A stretch of DNA of 64,000 bases from a virus. Shown here in pieces: positions 29,258 through 37,528 of the stretch. The stretch is from IMG/VR virus record IMGVR_UViG_3300033233_000020, positions 1 through 64,000 of that record; one strand, 5' to 3'. Numbering within the stretch: position 1 is the first letter of the stretch; every line of letters starts with the position of its first letter. Below the pieces are notes generated by a model, which was not told where the DNA came from, ran no database searches, and worked only from the letters and a program-made list of their open reading frames with translations. A program made the translations under genes and the position numbers.

Positions 29258-29613
29258 GAAGCTCTTTTAATTAAACATAGAACGTCAGACAACTCAATTA
29301 TTTCAGTTGTCATCCAGTTCTTTATTTTACTTAGTTTTTCCTCTGAAAAGAAATTTTGTTTTTTATACCAGGGTTCCATTTCGGTACTTGCTTTATCTTG
29401 GTTACACCTCCTACAACAAGGAAGCAGGTTGTGCCTGAAAGAAAAGCCAGACTTAAAACGTGGGATTATGTGATCAAGGCTTGTTGCTATGCCACCACAG
29501 TAGCCACATGTATTGTCCCAGGCTTTGTATATGTCATCTCTAAATCGCTTTTTCGCTAGCTTTGGAGTTAATTCAACGAGAAGTGCAAGGGGCTCATGCT
29601 CACTCGCAAACAT
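29254..29613 (-). CDS. HNH endonuclease
   Basis: CGYCG...LDHIIPR.K.G......L.PCCRRCN. Confidence 0.88.
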   Translation of the reverse strand: MFASEHEPLALLVELTPKLAKKRFRDDIYKAWDNTCGYCGGIATSLDHIIPRFKSGFSFRHNLLPCCRRCNQDKASTEMEPWYKKQNFFSEEKLSKIKNWMTTEIIELSDVLCLIKRAS

Positions 29614-29684
29614 GCTCTTCGGTGCTGTTGCTTTATTTTAAGAGCACCTAGTCAAGATCAAAGCTAAAGGTTTGGTTAAACCGC

Positions 29685-29712
29685 TTGACACGGGGCTACG
29701 GGCATGTAAGGT
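29685..29712 (+). promoter_or_regulatory. Putative promoter TTGACA-16-TAAGGT
   Basis: Lies upstream of the isolated + strand HTH gene. Confidence 0.5.
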
Positions 29713-29736
29713 GCTGTTGTACTGCCACGCAATTCC

Positions 29737-29958
29737 ATGGGTAACAAGTCAGGCTGGGTCACGGCCAACAAAGCATGCGAGCTTCTCCAGCTCGACAAAA
29801 AAACACTGTTCCGCATGCGAGACACAGGTATCCTTCACCTGGGACCTCACTACGCAGCTTTTAATGACACGTTCTCGCGTGACTCATATCGTTGGAACGT
29901 AGCAAAAGTACGCAAGACTTTGGCTAAGCTAGAGCAAGCGACGCTAGCCGCTGCTTAA
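29737..29958 (+). CDS. Small HTH DNA-binding protein
   Basis: WVTANKACELLQLDKKTLFRMRD..L.LGPHY. Confidence 0.7.
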   Translation: MGNKSGWVTANKACELLQLDKKTLFRMRDTGILHLGPHYAAFNDTFSRDSYRWNVAKVRKTLAKLEQATLAAA

Positions 29959-30019
29959 CTTACCGTCTTCAATGTAGCTACCAGCAGTCGTCATTAAGTT
30001 GGCGGCTGTTTTCATATGT

Positions 30020-30247
30020 TTAAGTGCTGGGCCCCACACCGCTTGCAAAAGCTCCCCAGGCAAGCCCAACGGCTTGTATGGTAGATAGTTCGCCTGATGC
30101 GTAGGGAAGGTGTACAACGTCCCCTGGGGTGTACACAATAGGGTTCCCACTAAAAGACACAGGACTGAATCCGAACTGACTACGACTTAACTGCTCTTCA
30201 GATGTTACGTACCGTGTTTCAACCACATCACCAAATTCAACTGTCAT
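30020..30247 (-). CDS. Small hypothetical virion protein
   Basis: Coupled ORF. Confidence 0.55.
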   Translation of the reverse strand: MTVEFGDVVETRYVTSEEQLSRSQFGFSPVSFSGNPIVYTPGDVVHLPYASGELSTIQAVGLAWGAFASGVGPST

Positions 30248-31701
30248 GTGAAAGAACCATCTTTATTTTGAAGGGAAAAATTCTGTAGTCTAATAAAACT
30301 GGTCGGTATGTTCAATAGTTTTTGTAGCATTGGCAACAATTGCGGTGATTGTAAATTCTTTGGTGGCATATCCATATATGACAAACCTTTAACAGAATTC
30401 ATGTAATCAGTATTTGTTTTGACGTTGGTAACCTCTTTAGTTAACCGTTGCTCCCAGTTTACGATTCCCTCGTCCATATCTACGGGGAGATCCGATGGTT
30501 CAGGTAACAAGATACCCTCCTGAAAGCGAAGAGCGTAAATATGCTTGCAATATCGCATCTCGTCTAGCAATGGACTCCAATAGTCACTGAAGGAAATGAT
30601 TTGGTTGTCTTTAGCTTTGTAGTCAACAAAGGTAGCAGGTCCTTCTGATGCACCTGGAGAACTTGTATTCCTTAAGTAACGGCCGCCAAAGTCACGAAAT
30701 AAACCTGGGTTATCTACTGATTCAAATGTAAGCGCAAGATCACGATTGTTATTTAATTCTGTGTCAACGTTGTTGTTGACATTACCAAAGGAATCAGTTA
30801 AGACTTCATGTCTACCAAACTTTAAACCTGCAGGACGAGTATATGGAAATCTCTTTGTTGTTTGCGCTTCATTTCTTTTACTGAAATCAGCGTAACTACG
30901 TCGGCTAAAGTCTTGGCAAGTACATGCGTATCTACTACCAAGAATTAAAAAACGATTAAAGGCTGGTGGGCGAGTAGCTGGAGTTACGAAAACTCCGTCA
31001 ATTGTAGATTCAAAAGAGCCATTTTTCTGTAGTTTTAAGACGCCGTTGTCTTGATCAATGTCAATTAAAAGAGCTTGAACATATCCATACTTAGTGTCAG
31101 TAGCTGGATCTTTTGATGCAGCAGTAATAGGAATACCTTCTACCGTTAATACGCGATCTTCAACTACTTCTCCAATGAGTGGTTTAAGAGCTGGCCCACC
31201 GTTAACCCCTGGTATGTACAAAGGGGCTGGTAACGGGTTGATAGAAGACCAATTCCCGGCAAGCTGTACGTACCAGTAGTCGGCATCTTCAGTGTAAGAG
31301 TCAACTCTTGCCCTTGTTCCTGTGCTGTCAATTACGTTATCAAAACGAAGTAGAGCACTAACGCGACACCCTGTCCAGTGAATACCAAACTCTCTATTAG
31401 AAGTAGGAAATCCTTGTAATACGCCAATAATTACAGGGTCATTACCAGGAGCAGGAGTAGTTCCTTCTGGAACTGGTAAGGTGTAACGAAAGGGAAAATT
31501 ATATGATTTTTGGATTCCTACTGTAACAGCAATTTCATAACCACGTCTCCAACGTGTCCATGCAGACTCTCGGTCCATGGCAACGATGGAGTTCGGTACT
31601 GAACCCCTGGAGAATTCAGTAGTAATACGTTTGATAGCACCAAGTTTGTAATCGGTCTGGTTGTTAAAGGTACCAAATTTACCCCCAACTCTTTGTACCA
31701 T
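30244..31701 (-). CDS. Hypothetical protein with split SWIM-like Zn motif
   Basis: YACTCQDF and YCKHIYAL motifs. Confidence 0.7.
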   Translation of the reverse strand: MVQRVGGKFGTFNNQTDYKLGAIKRITTEFSRGSVPNSIVAMDRESAWTRWRRGYEIAVTVGIQKSYNFPFRYTLPVPEGTTPAPGNDPVIIGVLQGFPTSNREFGIHWTGCRVSALLRFDNVIDSTGTRARVDSYTEDADYWYVQLAGNWSSINPLPAPLYIPGVNGGPALKPLIGEVVEDRVLTVEGIPITAASKDPATDTKYGYVQALLIDIDQDNGVLKLQKNGSFESTIDGVFVTPATRPPAFNRFLILGSRYACTCQDFSRRSYADFSKRNEAQTTKRFPYTRPAGLKFGRHEVLTDSFGNVNNNVDTELNNNRDLALTFESVDNPGLFRDFGGRYLRNTSSPGASEGPATFVDYKAKDNQIISFSDYWSPLLDEMRYCKHIYALRFQEGILLPEPSDLPVDMDEGIVNWEQRLTKEVTNVKTNTDYMNSVKGLSYMDMPPKNLQSPQLLPMLQKLLNIPTSFIRLQNFSLQNKDGSFT

Positions 31702-31703
31702 CT

Positions 31704-32495
31704 TTAATAGAAACCGCCCTGCGCATAGACATGTGCTCCTGGCAGATAACCAGAGATATTAGGACCATCGGCAAACACACCAACGTATACGCGATCACCA
31801 CGCTCTAGAAAAATGCCTTTATTGCGTAGTGGTGCTGTTTCACCAAGGCCGGTAGTATTACCTGCACTCATAACAGGAGCAGATAAAGCTGGCATTACAT
31901 CACTACAATCAACTTGTTGCGTATTGGCCGGAACCTTCTTAGTAAACAACACCTTGTAGTCGCCACTCGCGGGAATTGGTGTAGTGGTACCTCGCGTTTG
32001 GTAGAAGACAAAATTTACGGCTGGTTGATTAGCGTAAATTGTTCCACCATAACTGAAGCCAGAGGTAACACCCGTTGAGTAAAGAATAGCTGTGTTGATT
32101 CCCGTAAGAGTACCTGATCCTGTGTAGGTGTAAAACCCAGCACCAGCAAAAGGTGCTCCTGCTCCAGTAAGAATACCGGTACTTACGATTTGTGCAATCT
32201 GACCGCTAACAAAACTAATGGGAGTACCAGAGGTACCGGAGCTTACCGTGTGATCTACGTCACGGTAATCATCGTTGCGGATAATGGTAATGGAATCAAT
32301 TACGCCGCCACTATTATTATCTTCACTGAGGTTGGCATCCATGTCCACCAAAATAGCTGGGGCCTGACCACCTTGTACAACCAAAGTATTTGCTGCACCA
32401 GCGATTTGAGTAGTTACTCGAACCGAATCAAATAGAGGCCGGTCAATTAGAAGGGGTTGCTTGTTGGTACTAGTACTGGCTATTTGACTAAACAC
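31704..32495 (-). CDS. Hypothetical structural protein (beta-rich)
   Basis: 263-aa ORF in the late block; start uncertain. Confidence 0.65.
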   Translation of the reverse strand: MFSQIASTSTNKQPLLIDRPLFDSVRVTTQIAGAANTLVVQGGQAPAILVDMDANLSEDNNSGGVIDSITIIRNDDYRDVDHTVSSGTSGTPISFVSGQIAQIVSTGILTGAGAPFAGAGFYTYTGSGTLTGINTAILYSTGVTSGFSYGGTIYANQPAVNFVFYQTRGTTTPIPASGDYKVLFTKKVPANTQQVDCSDVMPALSAPVMSAGNTTGLGETAPLRNKGIFLERGDRVYVGVFADGPNISGYLPGAHVYAQGGFY

Positions 32496-32544
32496 CCTGT
32501 CTCTGGTAGATTGACAGGGGCCTCCGAAAACTTCTTTTATTCTA

Positions 32545-33108
32545 ATGGTACAAACAACTTTCCAGTGCTTCCTTTGTGGTGTTTTTTATGAACGCAGTGG
32601 CAACACGGCAGCATGGCATAGAAAACGGTTGCGCGACAGAGGATATACGTTTTGCTCAAAAGAATGTGGTTCTTTTAGGCATGGAGGATACAAAAATAAA
32701 ACAAGTGAGTACGCTTCTTGGAATGCAATGAAAGATCGTTGTAACAATAAAAACTCCACAGCATACGCACGATACGGCGGACGGGGCATTACACACGATC
32801 CAGCCTGGGCCGATTTTAAAAAGTTTTTAGAGGATATGGGTCCTAAAGAAAACCCAAAACTAGAACTAGAACGTATTAACAACGATAAAGGTTATTACAA
32901 AGCGAATTGCCGCTGGGCTACACACAAAGAACAGACACGTAATCGTGGGGGTAAACGAGCAACACGGCTTTATACTTTCAATAACAAAACCATGTGTATT
33001 GCAGACTGGGCAAAAGAAGTGGGCATCAGCCCACAGTCAATGCAAAAAAGACTAAACAAAGGATGGGATTTGGATAGAGCCTTAACCCCACCCCTTAACA
33101 ATACTTAA
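32545..33108 (+). CDS. Free-standing HNH homing endonuclease-like gene, inverted in the late operon
   Basis: W.AMKDRC.N......YGGRGI...W..F..F..DMG...LERINNDKGY...NCRWAT..EQ.RN; FCSKEC Zn motif. Confidence 0.85.
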   Translation: MVQTTFQCFLCGVFYERSGNTAAWHRKRLRDRGYTFCSKECGSFRHGGYKNKTSEYASWNAMKDRCNNKNSTAYARYGGRGITHDPAWADFKKFLEDMGPKENPKLELERINNDKGYYKANCRWATHKEQTRNRGGKRATRLYTFNNKTMCIADWAKEVGISPQSMQKRLNKGWDLDRALTPPLNNT

Positions 33109-33132
33109 CTGCCTACCAAGCTTCCCTTCCTA

Positions 33133-33834
33133 TTAAAGCAGGGAAGGGAAGACTAACCCAGGAAGACCACGCGAGAAATCGTCAACAGTAGTGTTGGGAT
33201 CTGTAGGACCAGATAGTACATTCAAGAGTTCATTGTTCAACAATTTACTGATGGGAGATTGATAGTTAGCATTCTCCAAGAAACTCTTTTGTAACATCTG
33301 CTGAAATAAATCCGACTTCTTCGGGTCACTTGTTCCTGCAGTGGTTGCTGCAGATGCAATCTGCCCCTGCCCTGGAAGATCACCAAGAACACGTTGAGCA
33401 TTTGCGTACAAATCACCACCTTGCTTAAAGCGTGGTAGTGCACCAGCAACTGAAGTCCCAAAGGAATCTTTGGCGTTCAAAGAGACATTCGGATTCCCAC
33501 CTAAGACAGTTGCATAAGCACGATCAATTCCCATCTCACCTGGCTTAAAGCCACGGTCAAGAAGAAATTGAACAGCTTGTGGCATCTGTTCAGCACGGGT
33601 GTATTTACCCATGCGTGAAGGATCCAGGTACTTCTTTTGTTCAGAAGGACCAAATTGAATCATCCCATAGTAGTTGCCGCCAGCACCACCCCGAATATTG
33701 GGGTCCATGTTGACGCCTGACTCTAAGGAAAGGAATGCTCCCAGTTCGTATGGATTTAATTTTAGACGTTGAGCAGCATTAAAAATTGCCTGGCGATCAG
33801 CCGTAGGTAAAATGCCAATCTTGCTTCCAGACAT
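33133..33834 (-). CDS. Lytic transglycosylase-like (SLT) virion hydrolase
   Basis: LSLESG...YYGMIQF motif. Confidence 0.6.
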   Translation of the reverse strand: MSGSKIGILPTADRQAIFNAAQRLKLNPYELGAFLSLESGVNMDPNIRGGAGGNYYGMIQFGPSEQKKYLDPSRMGKYTRAEQMPQAVQFLLDRGFKPGEMGIDRAYATVLGGNPNVSLNAKDSFGTSVAGALPRFKQGGDLYANAQRVLGDLPGQGQIASAATTAGTSDPKKSDLFQQMLQKSFLENANYQSPISKLLNNELLNVLSGPTDPNTTVDDFSRGLPGLVFPSLL

Positions 33835-33844
33835 CGACGGTACC

Positions 33845-33961
33845 CTATTCTCCTACCCAATTTGAATTTGCCTTAAGACCGGGAACAAACACTGCTTGAA
33901 GAGCTACGACTAGACTCAGTTTTGCGGTAAGTCGACGGACAAAATTAGGGCAAAGAATCAT
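33845..33961 (-). CDS. 38-aa hydrophobic peptide
   Basis: MILCPNFVRRLTAKLSLVVALQAVFVPGLKANSNWVGE; fills the gap behind a structured leader. Confidence 0.5.
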   Translation of the reverse strand: MILCPNFVRRLTAKLSLVVALQAVFVPGLKANSNWVGE

Positions 33962-33967
33962 TGGTTT

Positions 33968-34044
33968 TTAGCAACAACACTGGTCTCCGTAGATCTTGTG
34001 ATCTGTTACCCAGTAGGTGGACTTACACACTAAGGTGCTGCCAA
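33968..34044 (-). ncRNA. Structured 5' leader with alternative folds (riboswitch-like candidate)
   Basis: TTGGCAGCA/TGTTGCTAA, ACTGG/CCAGT and AGATC/GATCT stems; TAAAGT -10-like box at 34053-34058. Confidence 0.5.
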
Positions 34045-34066
34045 GTGACTCTACTTTAACAAAAGT

Positions 34067-35017
34067 TTATTTTGCGCCTGCTTGTTTTAGGAGCTGCTCT
34101 TGATAAGCCTTGATCATTTCAGGTGTCACATCTTCGCCACTAAAGTTCATAAGCCGAGGACCTTCTCCAAGGGCGTAAATGGGACCAGCGGGATTCAGTG
34201 CTGGATCTACTTGTGGTACCAATGGTGATGGCCCCATTGTGTACTCACCAGCTCCTCTAGACATACCGGGGAAAGTACGCTCCATTAGAGGATTAAAAGC
34301 AGGAGTAGGAACTTGACCTGTCTGTTTGTAAATGGTATCAAAACCAGACTGTCCAGTTTGAACTTTTGCAGCTAATTTAGGCTTAGCCTTGGCCCACATC
34401 TCCATCCCCATGTCACGAACGGAGTTCATTTCTTCTTGGGTCTTAGCTGCAGACCTAGCCGCCTCATAACGTAGCAACTCAGGGTCTTGAGCTGTTAATT
34501 GAGCAGTACGAGATAGTTCCTGTTGATACGCACGATCTGCAGGAGAGACTATACCAGGCTGTCCTGTAAAGGTGTTAAGGGAGTAACCAGCGTTTCCACC
34601 ACCTCCACCGCCCCCACCAGGTCTAGCTGCATCTGCAAGACGTAACTCAGCACGGCGATAGGATTCACCATCAGCACTAGGAGGAATAGAGCCAATCACA
34701 CCGCGATAGCGCCTTTGATTCGCAGCAACAGCAGTGGGACTAGAGCCAGCATACCCACGTGTCTGTGTAGAAAATTGATTTTGAATACTTGTTCCAAGAT
34801 TTTGTAAACTTGTAATGATATTATCGTTTGGGTTAAAAACTTTAGGCACGATATATGCAAGGTCCATTAGTGTTCCAACCGGCCCTAGCAATCCAGTCGC
34901 TCTGGGCACCCCACCTCCACTCTTAGGCATTGTTGTACGAGCGTTTAGACGTTGCCGTGCAATACTACCGGCATCGCGTCCACTGGGATTACGTAATAAA
35001 AAGTCAAGCGGGTTCAT
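34067..35017 (-). CDS. Hypothetical virion protein
   Basis: 316-aa ORF. Confidence 0.65.
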   Translation of the reverse strand: MNPLDFLLRNPSGRDAGSIARQRLNARTTMPKSGGGVPRATGLLGPVGTLMDLAYIVPKVFNPNDNIITSLQNLGTSIQNQFSTQTRGYAGSSPTAVAANQRRYRGVIGSIPPSADGESYRRAELRLADAARPGGGGGGGGNAGYSLNTFTGQPGIVSPADRAYQQELSRTAQLTAQDPELLRYEAARSAAKTQEEMNSVRDMGMEMWAKAKPKLAAKVQTGQSGFDTIYKQTGQVPTPAFNPLMERTFPGMSRGAGEYTMGPSPLVPQVDPALNPAGPIYALGEGPRLMNFSGEDVTPEMIKAYQEQLLKQAGAK

Positions 35018-35019
35018 GC

Positions 35020-35481
35020 TTATCTCCAGTTAAGGTTTAAGAAAATACTGGAACCAGTACTTACGTCAGCAGGGCCAGGCAGCGCCTGGATAAATTCAGC
35101 ACCGGAACGTTCGTAGCGATACCTGGCCTGGAACGGATCTTTGTAGTTGGGAACGTAAAGGATGTTGGCAAGTCGATTTGTCTCATAAAGATAAATCTCA
35201 TCCCATACCTTTAATGCTTCCTTGGCATTACTGGATCTGATCGTACGATCAACGTCACCAGCAATGTTCTCAATCCGAGTAGAAGGCGAAGTTGCTACTT
35301 CGGTTTTCTTCTCGGCTGTGTCGCAGCGACCAACCTGAATAATGATCTTATCGTAGAAATAAGAATCAGGTACCGTGTTTAAGGATTCCTCCAGGCGAGC
35401 ATAGTCACCCGCTGGTACAGAAACAACGTAATACCCCAAGTGGTATCTAACTCTACTTTTGTCGAAGTCAGATAAACGCAC
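35020..35481 (-). CDS. Hypothetical protein, possible head completion/adaptor
   Basis: LSDFDKSRVRYHLGY N-terminus; position downstream of the capsid genes. Confidence 0.6.
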   Translation of the reverse strand: MRLSDFDKSRVRYHLGYYVVSVPAGDYARLEESLNTVPDSYFYDKIIIQVGRCDTAEKKTEVATSPSTRIENIAGDVDRTIRSSNAKEALKVWDEIYLYETNRLANILYVPNYKDPFQARYRYERSGAEFIQALPGPADVSTGSSIFLNLNWR

Positions 35482-35516
35482 TTTTTGCCTTCAGTATTGT
35501 TTTATTATAAAAGCAC

Positions 35517-36158
35517 TTATCCAAGCAGGCCTTGTGTTGGTATTAACCTAGATAGCTCTTGGCTTAATAACTGTTGCGTCAATGAAGGTTGTTGGCTTTG
35601 ATTTAGTAATTGTTCAAATAAAGCGTATTGTAATTCTTGATCTTGACTGTCAGGCGCAGCAGATGGTGTGGCCGCCGCAGAAGCAGGAACAACGCTGGTA
35701 TTAGTAAGATCAGTTGCTTCCCCCAAGTTTTTCATGTGGCCATAACCTAATTCATATTTGTTATCTCCCGTTGTCCACGTAGCAAGATTACCATAACCAC
35801 CAGCATCTTTACGTGGGGTGAATTTAACGTCGCCCTCTACAAAAATTTCAGTCCCTTCTGCTCCAGCAAGATCACGTCCTCTGTGATTAGTAGAGGCACC
35901 AGGAATACCCGTATTCCTTGGACCAAATCCAGAAGTAACTGTCAACCCAGCGGCGGGATTTAATGTGATTTCTCCGTTCTTACCTTGAAGATATTTCGGT
36001 ACTCGATTAGCTCCTATCCTCACGCCCAGGAATTTGCTCTTATGGTATTTTGGGTTTTCGTATTCGCCGGTAAGTAGGTTCTTTACATACTCATGAAGGT
36101 GTGGACCACTAGAAACACCAGTGGAACCTAATTGCCCCAGTCTTGTGATATTCGCCAT
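35517..36158 (-). CDS. M23-family peptidase (circularly permuted)
   Basis: GSTGVSSGPHLH at the N-terminus; TSGFGPR...HRGRDLA...GGYGN...YGHM later. Confidence 0.8.
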   Translation of the reverse strand: MANITRLGQLGSTGVSSGPHLHEYVKNLLTGEYENPKYHKSKFLGVRIGANRVPKYLQGKNGEITLNPAAGLTVTSGFGPRNTGIPGASTNHRGRDLAGAEGTEIFVEGDVKFTPRKDAGGYGNLATWTTGDNKYELGYGHMKNLGEATDLTNTSVVPASAAATPSAAPDSQDQELQYALFEQLLNQSQQPSLTQQLLSQELSRLIPTQGLLG

Positions 36159-36231
36159 ATATTAATTTTACCAAGAAAAAACCCCGGTCACCCAGGGCAA
36201 GTAATGCGCTAAAAGCGGAAAGGTAGATGTG

Positions 36232-36663
36232 TTAAACGCGGATCAGATCGGCTGCCATTACGGATTCCCAATCGACCCTTCTAATCTGTTTCAACTGCTC
36301 AAGACTGCTGAATTTCTCACCCGATAAAGAAAGTTGAAGATCTTTAATTTCTCGAGCAGTTTTTAGACCAATACCCTTAATATGGTCTGCAATCATTTGG
36401 GCTGTAGCACCGTTGATGTTAAGTCTTGTGTCGGGAGGGAAAGTACGAGGTGCTTCTTTAGATGCTCGATCTTTTACTTGAAGAGTTTTGACTTTTTGAG
36501 TCGCTTGCTCATCAGGAAGCAATTCGGTTTTGTACGCGGTATACAGGCGACCATCTTGGTCTTCGACCATGAACCAATCACCTGCATCCCACTCACTAAC
36601 AATTCTTACCCGTGCTCCAGTCTTTTTATGACGATGGAGAATTTCTTCGGTGCTAGTAGCCAT
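36232..36663 (-). CDS. ComEA-like helix-hairpin-helix DNA-binding protein
   Basis: LNINGATAQMIADHIKGIGLKTAREI...FSSLEQLKQI. Confidence 0.8.
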   Translation of the reverse strand: MATSTEEILHRHKKTGARVRIVSEWDAGDWFMVEDQDGRLYTAYKTELLPDEQATQKVKTLQVKDRASKEAPRTFPPDTRLNINGATAQMIADHIKGIGLKTAREIKDLQLSLSGEKFSSLEQLKQIRRVDWESVMAADLIRV

Positions 36664-36693
36664 AAGACCAGATCAATTAACAATCTGGTCTTA
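36663..36693. promoter_or_regulatory. 11-bp hairpin covering the translation start region of the HhH gene
   Basis: TAAGACCAGAT-caattaaca-ATCTGGTCTTA. Confidence 0.5.
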
Positions 36694-36704
36694 GTTTAGC
36701 CTAA

Positions 36705-37499
36705 TCAGCTAACAGTGCGACCAGTTAAGTAGCCATCGATGTCTTCGTAGCCAGGTGCATCGTCAGGAACGATGTAGCAAACTTCGACACAGAGGTAACC
36801 AGTGCGGCCAGCAGTTGAGTCACCGCTGGAGATGTAGAAACCACCACCAGTTGCTGTGGCGTTACCAGAGGCCTTGGAGAAGACCTTAAAGGTAGTTGCG
36901 CTGGTATAGGTAGCATAAAGTCCGGTGACGGTCGCAGACTGGCCGGTAGCGGTCAGGATGGGCACGTTACCAAACGCTTGTACACCACCAGCGAACAAGA
37001 TCTCACCCACTTGACCACCAGAAACGGTAGAAGCAAGGTTGGCTTGTGCAGTAGGCTCACCGGAATAAGCAACAGGGCTACCAGCGTTGTCGCGGCCAAA
37101 GGAGATCACGTTGCCGGTGGCGGCATAGATACCAGAAGCAACACGACCATCACCCCAACCAGAAGCAACCGAAATTGCCGTACGATAAACGTAAGCAGAT
37201 TGGGTGGCGTTACCAGAGATCACCATTCCGGTGATGTCGGTACGGGTATCATCTTGCCGATAAGGCGAAGGGATGATAACAGAAGCAGTGGAGACAGGAC
37301 CGCTGCCAGAGGTTGCCGTCACAGGAACGTAACCACGAGCCTGGAAGTAACGATAACCAGGGATAGCCAGCACCGAAGTGGGGCCACCTTTGGAAGAATC
37401 GTCAGTACCGTTTTGGGTATTGTCAATATTCTTATACCAGCTATTCAGGGGTTCAGCCCAGTTGCCGGGAAAGATTTTTTTAGCTGAAAGATAGGACAT
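36705..37499 (-). CDS. Structural protein downstream of the capsid gene (decoration/minor capsid candidate)
   Basis: GGAGG RBS; Ser/Gly/Thr-rich; adjacent to the capsid gene. Confidence 0.7.
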   Translation of the reverse strand: MSYLSAKKIFPGNWAEPLNSWYKNIDNTQNGTDDSSKGGPTSVLAIPGYRYFQARGYVPVTATSGSGPVSTASVIIPSPYRQDDTRTDITGMVISGNATQSAYVYRTAISVASGWGDGRVASGIYAATGNVISFGRDNAGSPVAYSGEPTAQANLASTVSGGQVGEILFAGGVQAFGNVPILTATGQSATVTGLYATYTSATTFKVFSKASGNATATGGGFYISSGDSTAGRTGYLCVEVCYIVPDDAPGYEDIDGYLTGRTVS

Positions 37500-37528
37500 T
37501 TATTCCTCCTAATGTAATTTATTTTTTA

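Noticed and set aside
32495-33130. Group I intron carrying the HNH gene
   Set aside because: The HNH is antisense to the flanking genes, there is too little flanking sequence for a ribozyme core, and no U/G splice pair restores a frame.
33832-33847. Stop-codon readthrough fusing the 38-aa peptide to the SLT-like gene
   Set aside because: The two ORFs are in different frames.
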